This document shows positions 55,087 through 64,000 of a stretch of DNA of 64,000 nt, one piece after another. Below the pieces are notes generated by a model, which did not search any database, was not told the origin of the DNA, and was given only the letters and a program-made list of their open reading frames with translations. The stretch's first letter is position 1, and each line of letters begins with the position of its first letter. The position numbers and the translations under genes were made by a program. Source of the DNA: Alphaproteobacteria bacterium (GTDB lineage: Bacteria > Pseudomonadota > Alphaproteobacteria > GCA-2731375); assembly GCA_965225945.1 (NCBI GenBank), contig CBDDBZ010000032.1, positions 160,001 through 224,000 of the forward strand, in the 5' to 3' direction.

Positions 55087-55948
55087 GAATTAGGTGCACT
55101 GTCACCGTAATTCATTTGGTCCTTTCGACAAAAAGGCAAGAACATCCCTATCCATCGAATCCTTAGAATCGACCAACCACCCTCTGTCAAACGAAATCTA
55201 GACCGTCAGCGCCCCAAACCCACAAAATCTGCCCCCAGAGACCCAATCCGCAGCCTCATCGAAATCAGCTACCTGGGTAGTTACCTTTCCCCTATACTTC
55301 TCATGGCGGAGTACGGGAGCGAGGGGACGGGGGCTGTCAAGGCCGAGGCCGCGAAGCGGGGAGCCGGAGGCTCAGCCTTTACAGCCCTCGGCGCCTCGCT
55401 CACCATTGAAGGTGAGAAGGATTGGTGCCACCAGGCTCGAGCGTTCGAGTTCCGGTTGTCTAACTGAGTTTTGTCCTACCGGTCGAGGAGACCGGCCTAG
55501 TTGATTATCAGGCCTCTGATGTTGAATTGGCTCGGGCTTCCCATGCCTTGATTACCTTCAATTCATCATTCAAAGGGTGACCCCACGTTCGCGCAGACGC
55601 AGACCACCGCCACCCCTCTCTCTCGCAGTCCATGGAAGAGGAGGCTCGAGAGCGGGCCGGTCTCAAGCACTGCCCGGACCAGCGAGGCCGTCAGCTTCGC
55701 CGTGTGTTTGGCCAGGGTCTTGGCGATCACCACGGGATCGGTTGCGCAGCGCCCGCGCTAGAGCACCTCTCCGGCGCCGTCGACCAGGCAAATGTGGATC
55801 TGCTTGTCGGAAACGCCCAAACCGGCATAGACTTCACGCATGGGTCATCTTCCTTCTCGAAGCCGCCCGATGGACATCAGACCAGGGCGGGCTTCGTGGT
55901 TGTTGGGAGGATGACCCTAACTCAATTACGGCGTGTCACCGTAATTCA
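55087..55948. repeat. Two short palindromes sharing a 15-bp direct repeat TGTCACCGTAATTCA
   Basis: Copies at 55100-55114 and 55934-55948, each the 3' arm of a hairpin. Confidence 0.75.
55580..55841 (-). pseudogene. IS110-family transposase N-terminal relic
   Basis: MREVYAGLGVSDKQIHICLVDGAGEVL*...AVLETGPLS..FHGLRERGVAVVCV; first catalytic D appears as G, internal stop, truncated. Confidence 0.8.
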
Positions 55949-56311
55949 GAAGACACGACGCATCATGTTGTCAATAGATAAGTTCGTGATTGTCAAAAGT
56001 TTTGTGGTGCAGTTACAATGGCCCCGTTATTTCTCGGTTACGAAGGTTTGACTGAAATCACTGGGCGAAGGGATTCGATCATGATTCTGCCTAAGAGAGA
56101 AAGGGGACTGATTAATACGGTGATCCTGTTGCTAATGCTAAGCGCATGTGTGACCCAAACGGCTAGTCATAAAAAACAGACAGCGCAGGTTTGTAGTAAA
56201 TACTTCTTCAGTGCTGCCAGAGTTGAAAATTGCGCAGCCAGTGAAAGAGCACCTCAAGATGTTGAAATTGCATACGCGCTATCTCAAGTTTATAGGAAGG
56301 GGAAATATTGG

Positions 56312-57453
56312 TATACCCCGACTCCCCGCAGACCCGAAAAAGTTCTGGCAATCCGGCTGCGGATCGATTCTTCTCGCGGTCATGATTCGCGGTGGATTTC
56401 TGAGCATCGAGGAACGCGCGGCCCTGGAGGCGGTGATGGGGCATCCGAGCGAGACCCACGGGGTGGCGCGCCGCGCGAACGCCGTTCTGCTCTTGGATGA
56501 CGGCTTGAGCTGCGTCGAGGTGGCGAAGGTGCTCTACCTCGACGACGACACGGTGCGGACGTGGCTGAAGCGCTACCGTGCGGGCGGCCTGGATGAAATG
56601 ACGCTGTTCGACTGGCATGGCCGGTCGGGCCATCTGAGCCGGGAGCAAGAGGCGGAGCTTTCGGCCCATCTGAGCCAACGGCTTTACCGCGATACCGGCG
56701 AGGTGGCGGCCCATATCAAGGCGACCTACGGAGTGATCTACAGCCATTCGGGCTGCATCAAGGTGATGCATCGCCTGGGCTTCGAATACAAGCGCCCGAA
56801 AAGCCTGCCGGCTCAGGCCGATGAGGCCGAGCAGGCCGCCTTTATCGAGGCCTATGATAAGTTGCTCAACGGCTTGGCCGCCGACGAGGTGGTCTACTTC
56901 GCCGATGCGGTGCACCCGGAATTCCAGTCCCGCCCAGTCCATGGCTGGGTCAAGAAGGGCGACAAAGTGGCGTTACGCCGGACCTCGGGGCGCCAGCGCA
57001 TCAATCTCCACGGCGCGCTCAACCTGGAAAACTTCCACTGCCCCTTGGTCCAGGCCGAGAGGATCAACGCCGCCTCGACGATCGCGCTGTTCGAGATGCT
57101 GGAGGCCACCAATCCCGGCAAGTCGCGGATCTATGTCTTCGCCGACAATGCCCGCTATCACCACGCCCGCCTGGTCCGACAATGGCTGGAGAGACCGGGT
57201 TGCCGCATCAAGCTCATCTTCCAACCGTCCTACGCTCCCCACCTCAACGCCATCGAGCGATTATGGGGCGTCATGCATCGCGAGGTGACCCACAACAGCT
57301 TCTACGCCAGCTTCGCCCTCTTCACCGAAGCCATCGACGATTTCTTCCGCCGACGACTGCCACGAGAGTGGACGACGTGGCGCGACACCATCACCGACAA
57401 TTTCCGAATCATCTCGCACAAGGATTTTCGGGCTCTGGGGTGAGGCGAGTATA
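56312..57453 (+). mobile_element. IS630-family element 2 (coordinates include both TA copies)
   Basis: Ends TATACCCCGACTC... / ...TGAGGCGAGTATA; removing it restores the host frame (WYKGD). Confidence 0.93.
56382..57443 (+). CDS. IS630 transposase, intact
   Basis: RRANAVLLL HTH, FADAVHP, DNARYH, PSYAPHLNAIERLW. Confidence 0.93.
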   Translation: MIRGGFLSIEERAALEAVMGHPSETHGVARRANAVLLLDDGLSCVEVAKVLYLDDDTVRTWLKRYRAGGLDEMTLFDWHGRSGHLSREQEAELSAHLSQRLYRDTGEVAAHIKATYGVIYSHSGCIKVMHRLGFEYKRPKSLPAQADEAEQAAFIEAYDKLLNGLAADEVVYFADAVHPEFQSRPVHGWVKKGDKVALRRTSGRQRINLHGALNLENFHCPLVQAERINAASTIALFEMLEATNPGKSRIYVFADNARYHHARLVRQWLERPGCRIKLIFQPSYAPHLNAIERLWGVMHREVTHNSFYASFALFTEAIDDFFRRRLPREWTTWRDTITDNFRIISHKDFRALG

Positions 57454-58615
57454 TAAGGGAGATAGTGCCAAAAAGGATGATGCAAAGTACTTCTATTGGC
57501 TAAAGAAATCGGCAAGCTTGGGGCATTCCAAAGCAGCCAAACGGGTTTTCGATTCTTATGAAAGGGGTCGAGGTGTCGTGCCTGAGGACAAGTTGACAGC
57601 TTCAAAATATCTAAAAATTTACTCAGATCGCCGAATGCACTGGGCTCAAATTCTATTAGCATCAAAAATTTGGGATAACGAGCCCGATAAATCAGTTTCC
57701 TTGATAAAATCTGATGCGATCTCAGGAACTGCTGCGATCTCAGAAAACTGTCATGCTCAGGCTTTTTTTGGCCAAGATATATTTTGATGGTAGGTATACA
57801 GAGAAGAACTGGTCAAAAGCATTCTTCTGGTCTCTTCTGGCTCGAGTTGGCGGTATAGATCGACGATCAGAATTTCATTTTTCCACTTCCCGGCCTTTGG
57901 CCGTAGGAGATAAAAGTGGTTTCAGTATAAGTGGGTTCGATGAGCGCTGCACCAGACATGGTTACGGGATGGCAGGAACAGTTAAGAGAAAGATCGAAGA
58001 TGTTCTTCCAAAGAAAATCATTGCATTAGCATCGAAAGAAGCAGGTTCCTGGAGCGCTGGCATACCAGAACCGAACCTTGAAGTGCCATCTGAAAGTGAT
58101 ATGGCTGCTTTACAACAACCGAAAGAGAAAGGGAAGAGAATAGCATTCAGCAAAAAGAATGATGGAGCTATCAAATTCAAGAAAGATAAGCCAAGATTGG
58201 ATAATCCTAAAAAGATGGCGCGACCACCGTTACCGAAGCCGAGACCAGAATACCGGGACAAGAAGAAGAGGCCAACTGTATTGGACTTAGCTTTACCACC
58301 TTGGTTACCCACTTCAATTTCTTCTGGTGCAAGTTCAAGCAATGAACCATTGCGCCCGGACGAGTTTTTCTCCTTAGTTAATGATTACGTTTGGATCATC
58401 TTAGCGTATAGTGAGAATGGCTTGGCACAAGGCTCGGCGGTCGCCATAAAATCTGATATTTTATTAACGAACTGTCATATTATAAGCCAAAGAAATAATA
58501 TTCTCATTCAATCTGGGAAAAAGAAATATTCAGCTTCTATTGTAGCTGCAGATACTGAGACGGATAGATGCATTGTGAAAGTACGTCACAAGAGCTTGGA
58601 TTACATCAAGGGTAT

Positions 58616-59790
58616 TATACCAATTGGCCTTGAGGGAGACTCACTTTGAGGATTCCCATGGTGGATGATTTCTGACTCAATTCCGGTGATTCGGAGTTGA
58701 GGAGGTTCACCATGGGAGCGGCGATCGGGTTACGAGAGGATTTCGATGCGGCGGAGCTGCGTCGCTTGGCGAAGCTTTCCAAGGATGCCGGCCAGAGCCG
58801 CCGGCTCTTGGCTCTCGCGGTGATCTATGACGGTGGGCGGCGGACGGATGCGGCACGGACCGGCCACGTGGGGCTTCAGGTGATCCGAGATTGGGTGTTG
58901 CATTTCAACGCCGAGGGCCCGGACGGCTTGATCGATCGCAAGGCGCCCGGTGCGGTGGCGAAGCTCGACGATGCACAACGCCAGGCGCTGGGGGCACGCG
59001 TCGATGCGGGGCCGAACCCGGCGGTCGACGGCGTGGTGCGCTGGCGGCTGAAGGATCTGGCGGGCTGGATCCGGGATATGTTCGCGATCTCGCTCGACGA
59101 GACCACGGTGAGCCGGGAATTGAAGGCGACGGGCTTCACGAAGATGACGGCGCGTCCGCGCCACCATGCCCAGGAGGAGGGCGTCATCGAGGATTTTAAA
59201 AAAAATTCCCCGAGCTGGTGGCGCAAGCTCGCCGGCGCCTGCCCGACGGCACCGAGATAGAAATCTGGTGGCAGGACGAAGCCCGTGTCGGCCAGAAGAA
59301 CAAGATCACTCGGCGCTGGGCGCGGCGCGGAACCCGGCCCCGCGCACCGCATGACCAGCGCACCAAATCAGCCTATATCTTCGGCGCCATCTGTCCCGAA
59401 CGCGGCGTCGGCGCCGCCCTCGTGCTCCCCCACTGCGACACCCAGGCCATGCAGCTGCATCTGGAGGAGATCTCCTCCCGGGTAGGCGCGCGCGCGCATG
59501 CCCTCCTGCTCCTCGATCAGGCGGGTTGGCACACCACGGACAAGCTGAAGATCCCCGCCAACGTTACCCTCCTGCCCCTGCCACCACGCTCGCCGGAGCT
59601 CAATCCGACCGAAAACATCTGGCAGTTCATGCGCGACAACTGGCTGTCCAACTTGGTCTTCCAATCCGACGAGCAGATCATCACCTCCTGCTGCGAAGCC
59701 TGGAACAAGCTCATCGATCAACCATGGAACATCACGTCCATCGGGCGGCGTAAATGGGCGCATGAGTTCTGATTAATGCCGATTGGTATA
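58616..59790 (+). mobile_element. IS630-family element 3 (coordinates include both TA copies)
   Basis: IRs TATACCAATTGGC / GCCGATTGGTATA. Confidence 0.93.
58712..59772 (+). CDS. IS630 transposase, two ORFs joined by probable programmed -1 frameshift
   Basis: orfA ends FKKN at TTTT-A8 (59194-59205); orfB in -1 frame with WQDEAR, LDQAGWH, SPELNPTE. Confidence 0.88.
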
Positions 59791-60794
59791 AGACGCTATA
59801 AAAGTCTCAAGGTAGGCGAGCGAGTCTTTTCTGTCGGCTCACCAAGAGGCCTAGAGAACACGCTTGGCGAGGGCTTAATATCGGGACTGCGGACGTCGAA
59901 TAATGTTGAGTTAATTCAAACTACGGCACCCATATCATCCGGCTACTCAGGAGGCGGTCTTTTTGACGAGAATGGAAATCTAGTCGGCATTACTACCTTC
60001 CGTATCAAGAATTCAGAGTCTCTTAATTTCGCGATATCCGTAGATAGTTTCCTAAGATGAAGGTTCGCGGGTCAGGTCTTGCTTATTGAATTGGCCAAAA
60101 ACTAGTCATTGAACTTTTCCCGAACACATCGTGAGCCATGGCCCGCCCTTCGTCTCATGGTAGGGGTCGCCCGGGCCGCCCGTCGGGGCATCCCGTATTC
60201 GAGGAGAAGCCCGAGCCCAGAGTACGGGCGGCGACGGTTCGAGGGCGAGGGCTCGGATACGGGAGCGGCACGTCGGCCGAGATGCGAAGGTTCGCGATAC
60301 TCGCCCAGCCGGGCGATTCGATGAGAACAACAACCCGCGCGCGACCCAAAAATAATTTCTAGATATACAGTAATAATATAATACTTCCGAAAATGGCCGA
60401 TTTTGCAAAACGAAATCCCGTCATGCCAGGGCGAAGCCCGAACGGCGTTGGCCATCAAGCCTTTGCTTGTCTCACGCATATTCAGACCTTGAGATGTATG
60501 CGTTCGGGAACGTCGTCTTGGCGCGCGAATCGCCGATTTTCGTGAGGGTTCGCCGCGCGCGAACGTCCCAAACCGGGCGCGAACCGGGGGATCGCACGAT
60601 CGCGGAGCGAGGGGTCACCAATTTTGCATACGCTCTTCCCTCCCATGCCTCGATGATCTTGGAGTCGGAGCCATGGTGGCGGCCTACCTCGTCCAAGATC
60701 CTTTCGCCCCCTGGGCTCGGGCGGGCTCATGGCCGGGCCTCCCAGCGTCTTCGCGAAAAGCGCGGCGATCGTAGCATCGGCCGACGAGCGCGAG

Positions 60795-61946
60795 CTATTC
60801 CACCTTTCCGGGCGCCGGCTTCTGGCCGCAGATCGCCTTCAAGGCGCGCCATTCCTCCGGGCTCAACACCGGCCTCGGGTTCCGGACCCGGGCCTCGCGG
60901 GCGCGGCGCTCGCGTTCGGCCAGGACCGGATGGGTGCTGAGATAGGCCAGCAGCGAGAAGCCTTTATCCTCGCCCTTCTTCTCGCCCTTCTTCTCGTCCT
61001 GTTTCTCGCCCTTGTCCTTGGCCTTGTCGAGGCGGGCGAAGAAACGCGCCAGGCCCACCGGGTCGATGCCGACCTCGGCCAGCATGGCGACGGCGACGGC
61101 GTCCGCCTCCGCCTCCGCCTTGCGGCTGTGCGAGAGCAGGAGCAGCAAGCCGCCGGCCTCGCCCAACACTTCCAGCAGGGTGGCGCCGTCGCCCATGACG
61201 ATGTCGATCAGCGTGGTGACGCCCAGCACGCGAATGAAGTTTTCGGTCGGGTGATACTTCAGCACGTGGCCCAGCTCGTGCGCCAGGACGCCGGCCACTT
61301 CCTCGGCCGTCTCCGCCTTCTCGATCAGGCCGCGCAGCAGCAGCACGCGCCCGCCGGGCGCGGCGAAGGCGTTCACCATCGCGTGGTCCACCACCTTCAC
61401 CCGGAGCTGTCTATCCCAAACGTAGCCCGGCGCCAGGCGTGTCAGCATCTTGTCGAGCGCCCGGCGACCCGCCGGATCCTCGCAACGCTTGCCCCGGAAC
61501 AGGAAATGGTTCTCGAAGCTCCGGCCGAGTTCGTCCTCCCAACCGTGCGGTATCACGCGGGCGCCGATATGGGCGAGCGAGGGGATGCCGTAGACCAGGG
61601 CGAGACCCAGGGCCGCCACCACGGCGATGGCGAGCCCGGCTTCCTTGCCGATCCGCCAGACCCGGCCCCGGCTGGAGACGACGCCCGGCGCGACACGGGC
61701 CAGGTCTTCGGCGAAGCTCGCCGACTCGACGACCAGTTGCGCCTCCGCCATGGTCTTGGACGACAGCCGGAAGGCGTCGACGCCGGGGATCGCCTCGGGG
61801 CTGGTCAGATCCTCGTAGCGCCAGAGGTGGAACCGCCGGCTCTCGGTCTCGTCGATCCGGATGCCCTGCGCCGTCAAGGTGACGGTGGCGGTGCGTCGGG
61901 CGGCGGACTTGCCGTCGTGGAAGGTCGCGGCGTGGCGGAGGTTCAT
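60795..61946 (-). CDS. M48 family metallopeptidase
   Basis: NAFAAPGG, AHELGH, EAEAD, YLSTHP; start overlaps upstream stop. Confidence 0.9.
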   Translation of the reverse strand: MNLRHAATFHDGKSAARRTATVTLTAQGIRIDETESRRFHLWRYEDLTSPEAIPGVDAFRLSSKTMAEAQLVVESASFAEDLARVAPGVVSSRGRVWRIGKEAGLAIAVVAALGLALVYGIPSLAHIGARVIPHGWEDELGRSFENHFLFRGKRCEDPAGRRALDKMLTRLAPGYVWDRQLRVKVVDHAMVNAFAAPGGRVLLLRGLIEKAETAEEVAGVLAHELGHVLKYHPTENFIRVLGVTTLIDIVMGDGATLLEVLGEAGGLLLLLSHSRKAEAEADAVAVAMLAEVGIDPVGLARFFARLDKAKDKGEKQDEKKGEKKGEDKGFSLLAYLSTHPVLAERERRAREARVRNPRPVLSPEEWRALKAICGQKPAPGKVE

Positions 61947-63082
61947 CAGATCGAGGCGACGTCGAAGGCGTCGGCCAAGCCCTCGCCGCTCCTGGGCCGC
62001 TCCCTGGCGCTCTGTTGGATCGCCTCGAAGTCGATCTCGCCCACGATTTCCAGCCGTCCGCAGACATAGCGGAAGAGCCGAAGCTGCGCGAACGCGCGAC
62101 CGAGCGTGAGTGTGAATAGCAAAATCAAGGCGTTCCCCAAGATGAGCCAGAGGAAGCTCCAATAGGTCGCTCCGAGGCGGAACGACAGCCCCTCGTAACT
62201 CAGGCATTCGACGAAATATTCATACTCCCTCTGCTTGTAGATCACCCAGAGCGGCAGCAGCGCCAGAAGCGAGAGAGGCAAGAGTAGGCCCGCGATCACA
62301 TACCATGCGCCGGCCTCGCCAAATTCGCCGTCGGCGGGGGAGAGCGCCGCCAATCCGCTCGCCAGCGTGACGCCGAGGACTATCGCGAGGATGCCTGCCG
62401 GAACGCTGAGCAGCCAGCAGAGGGCGAAGCGGGGGTATAGCACGCCCGCCGTGCCCTCGAATCGGAAGCGGCGGTCGCCGAATTCGGTCGCCGACATCAT
62501 CTGGCGAAAGAGCCGCATTCGGCCCCAGGGATAGGTCCAGCCGAGGGTGGCGCCACTCAGCAGATAGATCGCGGCGTAGAGCAGGCCGTAGAGCCAGGAG
62601 GAGCCGTCGAGGGCCGGGCGGATACCTCGCCAACGAGTCCGCGACAGACGGTAGCGCTGGGCCCGATACGTCGCGACGCCGATCAGATAGAGGATCAGCA
62701 GATAGAGCGGCGAGGTGATCGCGCCGGCCAGCAGCGGATTTTCCATCCCGATGTAGCTATCAACCGCCAATTTAAAGCCGGCCAACGGCACCAAGACGAC
62801 GACGACGACGATCACGAAGCCGATCAGCAATTCGAGACCGGTGCCGGTGTATTCGGGCCGATCGCCCTCGACCACGGTGCCGGCCCAGAGCATGCGGCGG
62901 ATCCGGGTCTTCGCCCAGAAGCGGTAGAAGGTGAGGGTCAGGATGCTGAGCACGATGTTGACCAGCACCACCGGCACCATCGCGCCGATCCCGAGGTCGT
63001 GATCGATCGAGAGGCGTCGTGACGGCGGGGGCTCGCCCTCGGGCGCCCCGGGATCGAGTGCGGCCGCTTCGCTGTCGGACAT
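61946..63082 (-). CDS. YjgN/DUF898 membrane protein
   Basis: LSILTLTFYRFWAKT, YTGTGLEL, YRLSRTRWRGIR, GEGLADAFD. Confidence 0.88.
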   Translation of the reverse strand: MSDSEAAALDPGAPEGEPPPSRRLSIDHDLGIGAMVPVVLVNIVLSILTLTFYRFWAKTRIRRMLWAGTVVEGDRPEYTGTGLELLIGFVIVVVVVLVPLAGFKLAVDSYIGMENPLLAGAITSPLYLLILYLIGVATYRAQRYRLSRTRWRGIRPALDGSSWLYGLLYAAIYLLSGATLGWTYPWGRMRLFRQMMSATEFGDRRFRFEGTAGVLYPRFALCWLLSVPAGILAIVLGVTLASGLAALSPADGEFGEAGAWYVIAGLLLPLSLLALLPLWVIYKQREYEYFVECLSYEGLSFRLGATYWSFLWLILGNALILLFTLTLGRAFAQLRLFRYVCGRLEIVGEIDFEAIQQSARERPRSGEGLADAFDVASI

Positions 63083-63375
63083 GCCCCTGGATGCTCCCGA
63101 ATCGCGCTGCCACGACCCCACTCTAGGAGCCGCCTCCGGCCACGTGCAAGGCAGGGGATCGCCGAACGCCGGCGCCGGCTGGCCGGAGCGATGCCCGCGA
63201 AGGTATATCGCGAAAGATGCCCCCGATGGCCTCAATGATGGTATATAGAGTTCTTGGAAGGGGCCGCTCAAGAGCCCCTCCATATGCTACGCGCACCGAG
63301 CGGGCGGCCCATGGCGGCGAGGGAAGTCCAGATTGCGAGGGCGTCGCGGACGACACTTCGACGGGACGTGAATAA

Positions 63376-63666
63376 ATGGACACCGGTTGGGAACGCGGCT
63401 TGTTCTGGTTCTGGCTCACCGGCACCATAGCCTGGCTCGGCGGAATCGGCTTCTACATCTATCTGGAAACGGTCGGCTTTTCGCTGCACCTGACGGGGAA
63501 AGAATGGGTGCCCCATCTTCTCGTCTGGTTTTTGCCACCGATCATCACCTTCGGCGTCTTCATCTTCGTGCGGGCGGTCGGCCGCAAACTGCTCGACGAC
63601 GGCGTCAAGGAGTGGGAGCGCGACGACTACGAAAATCCGGGCAGCCGTTTTCGCCGTCGCGGGTAA
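63376..63666 (+). CDS. Small hypothetical two-TM protein
   Basis: 96-aa ORF with two hydrophobic segments. Confidence 0.65.
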   Translation: MDTGWERGLFWFWLTGTIAWLGGIGFYIYLETVGFSLHLTGKEWVPHLLVWFLPPIITFGVFIFVRAVGRKLLDDGVKEWERDDYENPGSRFRRRG

Positions 63667-63714
63667 CGGTGGCGCCCGCCGCTTGACCCGGGCCCTCGCC
63701 GTCATGCGGTCGCC

Positions 63715-64000
63715 ATGATGGGCGAGCTTCTTTTCGTCTTCGTCCCCGGCGGCCTCCTCCTCTTCGTCTTTTGCGGCGCCATTGCGGCTTTCGTCGCGAT
63801 CGCGCGGATCAACCGGCTGACCCTTCAAATCGTGCGCCTGGAGCGGGCGCGGCTGACCGACGCCGGCGCACTCGCCCCGCCGCCGGCCGTGCCACAACCA
63901 CCACCACCGTCCGCCGGTCCGGAGGTCGCGCCGCCCGAGCTCGAGAGGCGAGAGGCGGTGGAGGACATCGCGCCGGCGGAAAACGCGGCGCCTTCCGAGC
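63715..64000 (+). CDS. Membrane protein 5' part (possibly DUF2339-like), runs off window
   Basis: Own translation MMGELLFVFVPGGLLLFVFCGAIAAFVAIARINRL... then a Pro-rich linker; open to the edge. Confidence 0.55.
   Translation, partial: MMGELLFVFVPGGLLLFVFCGAIAAFVAIARINRLTLQIVRLERARLTDAGALAPPPAVPQPPPPSAGPEVAPPELERREAVEDIAPAENAAPSE

Larger units (their letters stand above)
56081..60060 (+). pseudogene. Lipoprotein with Sel1-like repeats and trypsin-like protease domain, split by two IS630s and a frameshift
   Basis: LSAC lipobox; Sel1-like YFYWLKKSASLGH and KAFFWSLLA; TNCH, TD, GYSGG triad; low GC. Confidence 0.85.

Noticed and set aside
55842-55933. Bridge RNA of the second IS110 relic
   Set aside because: Hairpins are present (CGAAGCC/GGCTTCG) but the element is truncated and I could not match guides to any flank.
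59194-59205. A8 run as a pseudogenising error
   Set aside because: Split IS630 transposases commonly use a -1 frameshift at this FKK position.
60061-60790. Short ORFs and hairpins (for example GATCTTGGA/TCCAAGATC) right of the low-GC insert
   Set aside because: No recognisable protein or RNA family and no clear right-hand boundary repeat; insufficient support.

Overview
High-GC alphaproteobacterial (Rhodospirillales-like, inferred from gene content and order) chromosomal window. From left to right it holds the dcw cluster (mraZ-rsmH-ftsL-ftsI-murE-murF-mraY-murD-ftsW-murG-murC-murB', minus strand), sucCDAB, gshA, cytochrome c, a HisN-like phosphatase, yejA1A2BEF, purEK, a GGDEF protein, metabolic genes, two tandem RHH/RelE-ParE toxin-antitoxin pairs, tRNA-Leu(CAA), an hpaB-like gene, TetR/DUF2852, a lower-GC insert with a Sel1-trypsin lipoprotein gene broken by two IS630s, and YjgN/M48. 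IS load is heavy: three IS630, one IS4, one intact IS110 and two IS110 relics. The best find is the intact IS110 (37943-39497), whose bridge RNA can be read from the sequence. Its target guides match the flanks (GCTCCG-CT-CCCCCT), its donor guides match the element ends (CACAGGGTGT-CT-CATTG), and the whole target-binding loop is present twice as a 78-bp tandem. The element sits in one arm of a REP-like palindrome whose other arm is an intact second target. Caveat: two other perfect short tandem duplications (ftsL 5' end, GGDEF gene) mean assembly artefact must be excluded with reads. All calls come from reading the sequence by eye; no searches were run.
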